The notes beneath the pieces were generated by a model. The model worked only from the letters and a program-made list of their open reading frames with translations. It had not been told where the DNA came from and did no database searches. Source: a virus. From it: DNA of 64,000 bases. The stretch lies in the IMG/VR virus record IMGVR_UViG_3300027782_000038. The stretch is one strand, 5' to 3'. Both the position numbers and the translations under genes were made by a program. This document shows, piece by piece, positions 54,919-63,569 of the stretch (its first letter is position 1; every line of letters starts with the position of its first letter).

Positions 54919-56216
54919 TGAGCAAATATTATACAAACGTTCAATGTTTCGGTAACAGTATTCTTTACCGAGGCATTATAGACGGTAAACGTGTTAAACA
55001 GAGAATTGATTATTCTCCATCACTTTATCTCCCATCAAGAAAGAATCCACAGGGAAAATTCAAATCACTAACTGGTCTTCCATTAGATCAAAAAGAATTT
55101 GATGATATTCGTGCAGCCAGAGATTTCATCAAGCAATTTGATGGTCTTCCTGGTGCACCTGTCATCTATGGTCAAAATCGTTTTGAGTATGCTTATATTG
55201 CCGATAACAATAAAGGTATGGTTGATTACGATCAGGATAAAATTCTTATCGGTGTAGTTGATATTGAGGTTGGTTCAGAGAATGGTTTTCCTGATCCATA
55301 CCTTGCAAACGAACCAATCACAGCCATTGGCATTAAGTATCTCAATGGTGAAATGGTTGTATTTGGTTGCGGTGATTATGAGAAGAAAGGTACCGAGATT
55401 TACGTCAAATGTAAAGATGAATGGACACTATGCAAAAAGTTTCTAGAATTATGGCAAAAGAAATGTCCAGATATCATCACAGGATGGAACACAAAGTTCT
55501 TTGATATTCCATATCTCATCAATCGTTTTCGTAAGATTCTTGGTGAAGATGATGCTAAGAAATTATCACCATGGAATTACATTGGTGAACGTAAAACCAC
55601 CATTAATGGTAAACAGTTAATTGCCTATGACATGATGGGTGTTGCATCACTTGATTATATTGAACTATACAAATGGTATGCTCCTGGTGGTAAGTCACAA
55701 GAATCATATCGTTTGGATAACATTGCTCAAAATGAATTGGGTGAAGGTAAAATTTCATATGATGAATATGATAACCTACATTCATTGTATCGTTTGAACT
55801 TTCAATTGTTTATTGAATATAACATCAAAGACGTTGAATTGATTGTTAAGTTGGAAGATAAATTAAAGTTACTTGAGATGGCTGTTACTTTGGCCTACGA
55901 TACTAAATCAAACTATGAGGATGTATTTGCACAGACCCGTATGTGGGACGCAATGACTTATTCTTATCTTTTAGAAAAGGATATCATTGTACCACCACGT
56001 ATCATCAAAGAAAAAGATGGTATGTTTGAAGGTGCATACGTTAAAGAAGTACAAGTTGGTGCTCATGATTGGGTTGCCAGCTTTGACCTAAATTCACTTT
56101 ACCCCCACCTTATGATGCAATATTCCATAAGTCCTGAAAATCTTGTGGAAAGAAGTTATATTGAAGATAGAAAACAAAAATTGATCGAGGAGTTAAAGTT
56201 GAGAAATACTAAATAA
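54918..56216 (+). CDS. gp43: DNA polymerase gp43, fragment A (N-terminal and exonuclease domains plus palm motif A)
   Basis: DIEV (ExoI), GWN..FFDIPY (ExoII), YNIKDV (ExoIII) and SFDLNSLYP (motif A). Confidence 0.95.
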   Translation: MSKYYTNVQCFGNSILYRGIIDGKRVKQRIDYSPSLYLPSRKNPQGKFKSLTGLPLDQKEFDDIRAARDFIKQFDGLPGAPVIYGQNRFEYAYIADNNKGMVDYDQDKILIGVVDIEVGSENGFPDPYLANEPITAIGIKYLNGEMVVFGCGDYEKKGTEIYVKCKDEWTLCKKFLELWQKKCPDIITGWNTKFFDIPYLINRFRKILGEDDAKKLSPWNYIGERKTTINGKQLIAYDMMGVASLDYIELYKWYAPGGKSQESYRLDNIAQNELGEGKISYDEYDNLHSLYRLNFQLFIEYNIKDVELIVKLEDKLKLLEMAVTLAYDTKSNYEDVFAQTRMWDAMTYSYLLEKDIIVPPRIIKEKDGMFEGAYVKEVQVGAHDWVASFDLNSLYPHLMMQYSISPENLVERSYIEDRKQKLIEELKLRNTK

Positions 56217-56245
56217 GTAGATGTGGTTACTTATTAGGAGAATCA

Positions 56246-56779
56246 ATGAAATACAATATTACCAAAGATAAACTCTATGAATTGTTTATTACCAAGAATA
56301 TGAGAAGGAGTGAGGTTGCCGAATATTTTGGTTGTTCGGATGCCAACATTAAAAAATACCTACAAAAATTTGCCATCAAGAAGCCTTTTGATTTAGAATG
56401 TAAGAATAAAGAACGAAAGGCCTTGTTGAATTGCTTACATTGTAATAATGAATATGAAACACAAAAGTTTCGGACTGAAAGTGATAAGTATGATTCAAAA
56501 TATTGTAGTTATTCCTGTGCTCAAAAAAGTAGATATTTGGGTGGCGACCACAAACGTAGAATCAGAAATGAAATTGCTGCAAGGCGTAGAGCAAGAATTC
56601 GTAACCAAACACCAAAATTGAGTAAAGAAGAAAAGAAAAAGTTACAAGAATATTATTTGATTTGTCCTAAAGGACATGAAGTGGATCACATACAAGCAAT
56701 TGCAAAAGGTGGTTTACATCATCCTGATAACTTACAGATATTGACTATGAATGAGAATAGAAAAAAGTGGTGTAAATAA
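56246..56779 (+). CDS. HNH endonuclease splitting gp43 between fragments A and B
   Basis: N-terminal HTH, CxxC/YCSxxC and EVDHI.....GGLH.PDNLQIL...EN motifs. Confidence 0.88.
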   Translation: MKYNITKDKLYELFITKNMRRSEVAEYFGCSDANIKKYLQKFAIKKPFDLECKNKERKALLNCLHCNNEYETQKFRTESDKYDSKYCSYSCAQKSRYLGGDHKRRIRNEIAARRRARIRNQTPKLSKEEKKKLQEYYLICPKGHEVDHIQAIAKGGLHHPDNLQILTMNENRKKWCK

Positions 56780-57105
56780 TGTTTCGTAATGTAAAAGAAT
56801 TAACAACCGAAGAACTACAAAAAGAAATTCAGGCCATAGAATTATTTGAACAAGAAATTGGTAAAGTCAATGTTGAGAATATGTTGAACAAATCTATTGA
56901 TACTTCTTTTCTTGGTCCAATGAAATGCACCATCACACCTAACGGCCAGATGTTTAGAACCGACCATCAAGGTTTCTTACCAAGAATGATGGAAGAAATG
57001 TATGAAGATCGTAAGAAATTTAAAAAGTTGATGCTCAAGGCTCAACAAGAGTATGAGTTAGTTTTAGCGGAGATTGAAAAAAGAAGAGGTTTGCAAGAAA
57101 AATAA
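56779..57105 (+). CDS. gp43: DNA polymerase gp43, fragment B (palm segment plus first finger helix)
   Basis: PNGQMFR....GFLP.MM..MY.DRK.FKK.M is the gp43 segment between motifs A and B. Confidence 0.9.
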   Translation: MFRNVKELTTEELQKEIQAIELFEQEIGKVNVENMLNKSIDTSFLGPMKCTITPNGQMFRTDHQGFLPRMMEEMYEDRKKFKKLMLKAQQEYELVLAEIEKRRGLQEK

Positions 57106-57140
57106 TACTAAATAGAGCATGGTCTAAAAAAGGATGATAA

Positions 57141-57917
57141 ATGCCCAATCAATTTAGTGTTATAACAAAAGAAATAGAATCTAAATTAAATGAAATAGAA
57201 AGTATGTTGAAAAGTGGATATAGTGTGGGTGAAATTCAAAAAAAATTGATAAAATATAGTTATAGTGGTATATACAATTGTATTCAAAAGAATGGTTTAT
57301 CCAAATATGTTTCCACTAAAAACATAGGAAAAAGCAGAACATATAAGAAAATGTTAGATGATTATGATAATAACCATGAATTAAATTTTGAAACATTAAA
57401 TCAGTTATATAATGTTGATAAAAAAGATTTATATGAAATTGCTAAAATGTTTGGAGTTAGTCCTTCTGGTGTATTATATCGTATGAGAAAATTGGGTTTA
57501 CAGACCCGAAATAAATCGGAAGCTTCTGAAATCCTTTATATGAAAAAACCTGAACTGAGGGAAACTCATCGTAAAAATGCAAATGAAGGTAAAACAGGAA
57601 TATTCAAAAAAGGAAATAATTATTCAAACACTTGGATAGAAATAGCATTTAGGGAATACTGTGAACTACATAATATACAATTTCAACCACAATTTCAAAT
57701 AACAAAAGATACTCATAGATATGATTTTTTAATTGGCAAAAACATCTTAGTTGAACTTGATGGAACATATTGGCACAACAAGCCAAAACAAAAAGAGAAA
57801 GATGTATTACAGGAAGAATATGCAATAAACAACGGTTTTGTTGTATTGAGGATTACCGATAAACAAATAAAAGAAACAAAAGGTGAATGTTTTGAAATCA
57901 TTAAACGATATGTCTGA
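57141..57917 (+). CDS. Vsr/DUF559-like endonuclease splitting gp43 between fragments B and C
   Basis: T.IE, YDFLI....LVELDGTYWH, D......GF.VLRI motifs plus HTH repeats. Confidence 0.85.
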   Translation: MPNQFSVITKEIESKLNEIESMLKSGYSVGEIQKKLIKYSYSGIYNCIQKNGLSKYVSTKNIGKSRTYKKMLDDYDNNHELNFETLNQLYNVDKKDLYEIAKMFGVSPSGVLYRMRKLGLQTRNKSEASEILYMKKPELRETHRKNANEGKTGIFKKGNNYSNTWIEIAFREYCELHNIQFQPQFQITKDTHRYDFLIGKNILVELDGTYWHNKPKQKEKDVLQEEYAINNGFVVLRITDKQIKETKGECFEIIKRYV

Positions 57918-58996
57918 TTCCGAATTGATTAGTTATAAAAATGAACTGGAAAGGAGAGTTGCAAGATATAATAATTTGCAACTTGCGAAAAAGGTGTCAC
58001 TTTAACTCCGCTTACGGTGCTTTGGGTAGTCAGTACTTTCGTTTTTATGATCTGCGTATGGCACTTGGTGTCACTTCTGCTGGCCAACTTTCCATTAGGT
58101 GGATTGAGTCTAAAATTAACAATTGGATGAATAAAATCATTGGATCTAAAGATGTAGATTATGTTATTGCATCTGATACAGATTCCATTTATCTTCGTAT
58201 GGGTGAATTGGTTGACAAGTTTATCAAAGATACATCCGATAAACAAAAAGTAATCTCACTCATGGATAAAATCTGTGAAGAAAAGATTCAACCATTTATT
58301 GATAAGTCTTATGTTGAGTTAGCTGATTACGTTCATGCATATGATCAAAAGATGCAGATGAAGCGTGAAGGACTATCAGACAAAGGTATTTGGACTGCCA
58401 AGAAACGTTATATTCTAAACGTGTATAATAATGAAGGTGTTCAGTATGCAGAACCTAAGATGAAAGTCATGGGTCTTGAAATGGTCAAATCTTCAACACC
58501 AGCTTCTATTCGTGAAAAGATGAAAGAGTCTATTGGTATTATGTTACGTGGTACTGAACAAGATATTCATAAATTCATTGCTGACTTTAGACAAGAATTT
58601 AAAAAGTTACCTGCTGAAGAAATTTCTTTTCCACGTGGACTGAATGGCTTAGCTAAATACTCAGATGCAGTATCATTGTATAAACTTGGTACACCTATTC
58701 ATGTGAAAGGTGCCATTCTCTATAACAATTATTTGAAACAAAACAATCTTACTAAAAAGTATCCACTCATCCAAGAGGGAGAAAAGGTTAAGTTTACCTA
58801 TTTGAAACTACCAAACCATTTTAAAGATATGGTAATTTCATACCCAAGTAGACTTCCTAAAGAATTAGGCCTTGACAAGTACATAGATTATGATGTACAA
58901 TTTGATAAGGCCTTCTTGGAACCAATCAAAGTCATTCTTAATTGTTTGGGTTGGACAACTGAAAAGGTAAACTCACTGGAAGATTTCTTCAAATAA
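57892..58996 (+). CDS. gp43: DNA polymerase gp43, fragment C (second finger helix, motifs B and C, thumb); requires a +1 shift at 58000-58006
   Basis: Frame 57892 reads MKSLNDMSDSEL...ARYNNLQLAKKVSL* and the +1 frame continues NSAYGALG...SDTDS...KKRY, ending in the clamp-binding tail SLEDFF. Confidence 0.88.
57991..58006 (+). other. Candidate prfB-like +1 frameshift site (or 1-nt insertion error)
   Basis: AAG GTG TCA CTT TAA C aligns with prfB AGG GGG TAT CTT TGA C. Confidence 0.5.
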
Positions 58997-59018
58997 ATTA
59001 TTTTGATTAAGGTAAATT

Positions 59019-60080
59019 ATGAGTATTCTTGAAAAAATTAAAAAGAACAGCAGTATAAAAGATTCGGCAATTTTATCCAAATCAAAATTCTTTACTGATA
59101 AAGATATGATTCCGACTTCTGTGCCAATTATTAATGTGGCACTAAGTGGTAGATTGGACGGAGGTTTAACACCTGGCCTTACAATGTGGGCTGGTCCATC
59201 AAAACACTTTAAGACAGCATTTAGTTTATTAATGGCCAAATCATATTTGGACAAATATCCAGATGCTGCTCTTTTGTTTTATGATAGTGAATTTGGTACA
59301 CCACAGTCTTACTTCGACACATTTAATATTGATACTGATCGTGTTCTACATACACCCCTTACTGATATTGAACAATTGAAGTCTGATATTATGCAACAAT
59401 TATCCAATGTTACCCGTGGTGATCACCTTATCATTCTTGTTGATTCAATTGGTAACTTAGCATCAAAGAAAGAAGTTGATGATGCTTTAGAAGGTAAAAC
59501 TGTTGCTGATATGACTAGAGCGAAAGCAGTTAAGTCATTATTCAGAATGGTCACACCACATTTATCAATCAAAGACATTCCAATGGTTGTTGTCAATCAT
59601 ACATACAAAGAAATTGGTATGTTCCCGAAAGATATTGTTGGTGGTGGCACAGGTTCGTATTATTCAGCTGATAACATCTTCATTCTTGGTCGACAACAAG
59701 AAAAAGAAGGTACTGAAATTGTTGGTTATAACTTTATTATTAATGTGGAAAAATCTAGATATGTTAAAGAAAAATCTAAAATACCTGTTTCTGTATCTTT
59801 CACTGGTGGCATTAGTCGGTGGTCTGGTTTACTTGATCTTGCACTTGAATCAGGAAATGTTATTAAACCATCAAACGGATGGTATAGCAAGGTCGACCTT
59901 GAAACTGGGGAAGTAGAAGAAAAGAAGTATCGTGAAAAAGATACAGACACTAAAGAATTTTGGATGTCAATTATCACAAGTAAAACCTTCCGTGATTTTG
60001 TAGAAACAAAGTATAAAGTTGCTTCTACTGAAATTATGCAGGGTGGTGAAGAAAACTTATTTGGAGATATGGAATGTTAA
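59019..60080 (+). CDS. uvsX: RecA-like recombinase UvsX
   Basis: AGPSKHFKT, FYDSEFG, DSIGNLASKKE, DMTRAK..KSLFR and GGTG..YSA motifs. Confidence 0.96.
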   Translation: MSILEKIKKNSSIKDSAILSKSKFFTDKDMIPTSVPIINVALSGRLDGGLTPGLTMWAGPSKHFKTAFSLLMAKSYLDKYPDAALLFYDSEFGTPQSYFDTFNIDTDRVLHTPLTDIEQLKSDIMQQLSNVTRGDHLIILVDSIGNLASKKEVDDALEGKTVADMTRAKAVKSLFRMVTPHLSIKDIPMVVVNHTYKEIGMFPKDIVGGGTGSYYSADNIFILGRQQEKEGTEIVGYNFIINVEKSRYVKEKSKIPVSVSFTGGISRWSGLLDLALESGNVIKPSNGWYSKVDLETGEVEEKKYREKDTDTKEFWMSIITSKTFRDFVETKYKVASTEIMQGGEENLFGDMEC

Positions 60081-60400
60081 TTGAGGGCATCGACTATTGT
60101 TTCATATATCCAAAAGACGATGCCCAAACGGTACATATTCGTCTTTTGGTTGGTGAATATAAAGATACGGTATTTAAATTTGGAAAAGTAAAATTCGAAG
60201 AAAAGAATGAACAGATGTATTTACTTTTTGCTTATGATGTGTTAGAATCTACTGTATCGAAACCAAAAAAGTTGGAGAAAGATGCCGACTTTAAAAATTA
60301 CATTGGTGACTTGTTGGTTGAAATTATGTCACAAAATATTGAGGAAGAAATAATTGATGAGACTGGAAACGACCATTCTGAAAAATCTGATTTACAATGA
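60074..60400 (+). CDS. Conserved hypothetical protein (gp40 position)
   Basis: 108-aa ORF between uvsX and gp41. Confidence 0.6.
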   Translation: MLIEGIDYCFIYPKDDAQTVHIRLLVGEYKDTVFKFGKVKFEEKNEQMYLLFAYDVLESTVSKPKKLEKDADFKNYIGDLLVEIMSQNIEEEIIDETGNDHSEKSDLQ

Positions 60401-61742
60401 AGATTACCTAAGAAAAGTATTACCCTTTGTAAAGCCAGAATATTTTCAAGATAAAACCGAACGTACAATCTTTAATGAAATATCATCATTCACAACGACT
60501 TACAATAGTACACCAACGATTGAAGCAATCGGTATTGCCGTCAAAGAAAGGAATTCTTTTTCAGATGATGAAGTGGAGAAGTTACACTCTTATCTTAAAG
60601 AAATTGAAAGTAATAAAGAAACAAGTACCCAAGTACAATGGCTTGTTGATAAGACAGAAAAGTTTTGTCAAGAGAAAGCAATTTACAATGCAGTATTGGG
60701 GTCTATTTCAATTCTCGATGGTAAAGACAAAACAAATGACAAAGGTCAGATTCCCAAGATATTATCAGATGCGTTAGCAATAAGTTTTGATGCAACTGTT
60801 GGTCATGACTATTTGGAAAACTCAGATGAACGGTATGAATTTTATCATAAGACAGAAGAAAGAATTCCATTTGACCTAGAATTTTTCAATAAAATCACCA
60901 AAGGTGGTTTACCAAAGAAAACTCTTAATATCGCATTAGCTGGTACAGGTGTCGGTAAATCTTTGTTTATGTGTCATGTGGCTGCTGGTGCAATGACACA
61001 AGGTAAGAATGTTCTATATATCACTATGGAAATGGCTGAAGAAAAGATTGCGGAACGTATTGATACAAACTTATTGAATGTTACCATTGATGACTTGATG
61101 GAATTACCTAAAGATGTGTATGACAAAAAGGTCAAACGTGTCAGAGATAAAACCACAGGTAAATTGATTATCAAAGAATATCCGACAGCCTCAGCTTCAA
61201 CTATTCACTTCAGGACCCTATTGAATGAACTTAATCTCAAAAAGTCTTTTGTGCCTGATATTATCTTTATTGATTATCTCAACATATGTTGTAGCTCTAG
61301 AATTAAAGCAGGAGCAAACATTAATTCGTACACTTATGTTAAATCAATCGCTGAAGAATTGCGTGGTCTTGCCGTTGAATTCGGAGTACCAATTGTATCT
61401 GCGACACAAACAACACGATCAGGTTTTAGTTCTTCCGATCCAGGACTTGAAGATACAAGCGAGAGTTTTGGTTTGCCTGCCACCGCCGATTTGATGTTTG
61501 CTTTGATTACTTCAGAAGAATTGGAAGGTCTAAATCAAATCATGGTTAAGCAATTGAAAAATCGTTATGCTGATCCAACATATTACAAAAGGTTTACTGT
61601 TGGTATTGATAGATCGAAAATGAGATTGTATGATATTGAACAATCCGGACAATCTGGTATTGCAGATGCAGGCCATACTGGGCCTACAAAACCTAATGCT
61701 CCCGGTTCTACAAAAAAATCATTTGATGGATTTAAAGTATGA
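60357..61742 (+). CDS. gp41: Replicative DNA helicase gp41
   Basis: AGTGVGKS, EMAEE.I..R.D, IDYL and SATQT.R.G....TSESFGLP motifs. Confidence 0.97.
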   Translation: MRLETTILKNLIYNEDYLRKVLPFVKPEYFQDKTERTIFNEISSFTTTYNSTPTIEAIGIAVKERNSFSDDEVEKLHSYLKEIESNKETSTQVQWLVDKTEKFCQEKAIYNAVLGSISILDGKDKTNDKGQIPKILSDALAISFDATVGHDYLENSDERYEFYHKTEERIPFDLEFFNKITKGGLPKKTLNIALAGTGVGKSLFMCHVAAGAMTQGKNVLYITMEMAEEKIAERIDTNLLNVTIDDLMELPKDVYDKKVKRVRDKTTGKLIIKEYPTASASTIHFRTLLNELNLKKSFVPDIIFIDYLNICCSSRIKAGANINSYTYVKSIAEELRGLAVEFGVPIVSATQTTRSGFSSSDPGLEDTSESFGLPATADLMFALITSEELEGLNQIMVKQLKNRYADPTYYKRFTVGIDRSKMRLYDIEQSGQSGIADAGHTGPTKPNAPGSTKKSFDGFKV

Positions 61743-62848
61743 AGTTAACTACCGAACAGGCTTTATATTGTTCTAAAGTGTTTGATGATTACTTCAGTAA
61801 TATTGGAAGTACTGAAGAATATATGCGTGATGAAAAGTTAAAAAATCTTAGTGATTTACCTTCTACATTATTTCCAATAGAAGATGATTTATTTTCTGAT
61901 TTTTCTATGCATCCAAAAGATATGGATATCACCGTAAGTGAAATTCCAAATACTCAATGGCAATCTTTGGTTGCAATTACTTCATCACATATCAATAAGT
62001 CTCCAGTTGGTAAGAACCTTCAACTGGCAGTCAAAGAAAAGAATTCGGGAAAGATTCTAGGTTTCATTCGTTTAGGTTCACCATTGATCTATATGAAACC
62101 TCGTAATGAATTGCTTGGACAGGTCTGGATTCAACAACCTGATACATCCAAACGATTCAATGATGCTACAGTAATGGGTTTTGTTATTGTACCATCACAG
62201 CCTTTCGGTTTCAACTATCTTGGTGGTAAACTTTTGGCCGCCATTTGTACTAGTCACACCGTCAGAGAAATGTGTAATAAAAAATATGGTATGAATGTAT
62301 GTCTGTTTGAAACCACTAGTTTGTATGGTACAACAAAATCTGTATCACAGTATGATGGTATGAAACCATTTATAAGATTTGGTGGCCTAACAGAATCAGA
62401 CATTGTACCTATGATGCATGGTGAAAGATATCATTCCTTGAAACAATATGTTGAAGATATTGTTGGAGATTTATTACAAGGTGATACTTCAACCACAAGT
62501 AGAAAATTGAGAACATTCACTAAGATTATTGCTCTCACTAAGGCTGCATTAAAAGGAACAACCGAAGGTGATAAGTTCCTTTCAACAATTGAAAATGCCA
62601 AAGAATTAACTGAAAGAAAACGTTATTATACATCAGATTATGGTTTTAAAAATACGATAGATTACATGGCTTGTAGGACAGATACTTTAATTCCTGGTGA
62701 AAATTATCACAAACATGAATTAGGTAATATTGTTGAATGGTGGCGTAATAAAGCTATAAATAGATATGAAACCCTAAAAAATGAGGGTAGATTGAGGACA
62801 GAATTAGAAATCTGGACTTCTGGAAAATATATTCAAATTATTAGGTAA
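61739..62848 (+). CDS. DUF4338 / DruA-like protein, paralog 2
   Basis: GK.L...V.E..SGK.LG.I.LGS, VP.QPFGFNYLGGKLLA and ETTSLYG....SQYDG motifs. Confidence 0.6.
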   Translation: MKLTTEQALYCSKVFDDYFSNIGSTEEYMRDEKLKNLSDLPSTLFPIEDDLFSDFSMHPKDMDITVSEIPNTQWQSLVAITSSHINKSPVGKNLQLAVKEKNSGKILGFIRLGSPLIYMKPRNELLGQVWIQQPDTSKRFNDATVMGFVIVPSQPFGFNYLGGKLLAAICTSHTVREMCNKKYGMNVCLFETTSLYGTTKSVSQYDGMKPFIRFGGLTESDIVPMMHGERYHSLKQYVEDIVGDLLQGDTSTTSRKLRTFTKIIALTKAALKGTTEGDKFLSTIENAKELTERKRYYTSDYGFKNTIDYMACRTDTLIPGENYHKHELGNIVEWWRNKAINRYETLKNEGRLRTELEIWTSGKYIQIIR

Positions 62849-62852
62849 TATT

Positions 62853-63569
62853 ATGACTGCGACTGTGATTATACCAACAACTGGTGCAACTGAAGTTAGA
62901 AGTGCTATAGAATCCGTATTAAATCAAACATACGACACAATTTGTTATGTTGTATGTGATGGTAACAAATTCAAAAGCAAAACAAAGGTAATCCTTGATG
63001 ATTATCTTGGTAACAAAAATTTAAGAGTTTGTTACCTTCCGGAAAATGTAGGTGCAAATGGTTTCTATGGACACCGTGTATATGCATCATTCACACATTT
63101 AGTAAATACAGAATATGTGATGTACCTAGACCAAGACAATTGGTTGGAAAAAACTCATGTTCAATCCTGTATAGATACAATCATTGATAAAAAACTCCAA
63201 TGGTGTCACTCCCTCAGAAACATTTACGACAAACAATCTAACTTTGTATGTGAAGATAATTGCGAATCACTTGGTAAGTGGATGGCATGGACGAATACAT
63301 ATCATATAGATACTAATACATATTTCTTAAAAAGAGAAATTGCAATTAAATTAGCAAGTGCATGGCATGGTGGTTGGGGACAAGATAGAGTATTTTTACA
63401 AGTAATCAATCAGTATTTTCCACAAACATATAGTTGTACTGGTGAATATACGGTGAATTATCGTGTTGATGGTGGTGAAGGATCAGTTAATAAAGAGTTC
63501 TTCATCAAAGGTAATGAATTTATGATTGACAAATATAATGGAGAATTTCCTTGGAAGAAAAAGATTTAG
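62853..63569 (+). CDS. Glycosyltransferase family 2-like protein
   Basis: TVIIPT, AIESVLNQT, VVCDG, YLDQD (DxD) and GQDR motifs. Confidence 0.85.
   Translation: MTATVIIPTTGATEVRSAIESVLNQTYDTICYVVCDGNKFKSKTKVILDDYLGNKNLRVCYLPENVGANGFYGHRVYASFTHLVNTEYVMYLDQDNWLEKTHVQSCIDTIIDKKLQWCHSLRNIYDKQSNFVCEDNCESLGKWMAWTNTYHIDTNTYFLKREIAIKLASAWHGGWGQDRVFLQVINQYFPQTYSCTGEYTVNYRVDGGEGSVNKEFFIKGNEFMIDKYNGEFPWKKKI

Noticed and set aside
56217-57917. Group I introns or inteins interrupting gp43
   Set aside because: Spacers of 35 nt or less and overlapping stop/start codons leave no room for a ribozyme core. The endonucleases are separate ORFs with their own RBS and stops, and there are no intein terminal motifs.
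57941-58003. ORF-track start of gp43 fragment C (MNWKGELQDIIICNLRKRCHF)
   Set aside because: This N-terminus has no polymerase similarity. The conserved ARYNNLQLAKKVSL helix is in the adjacent frame starting near 57892.
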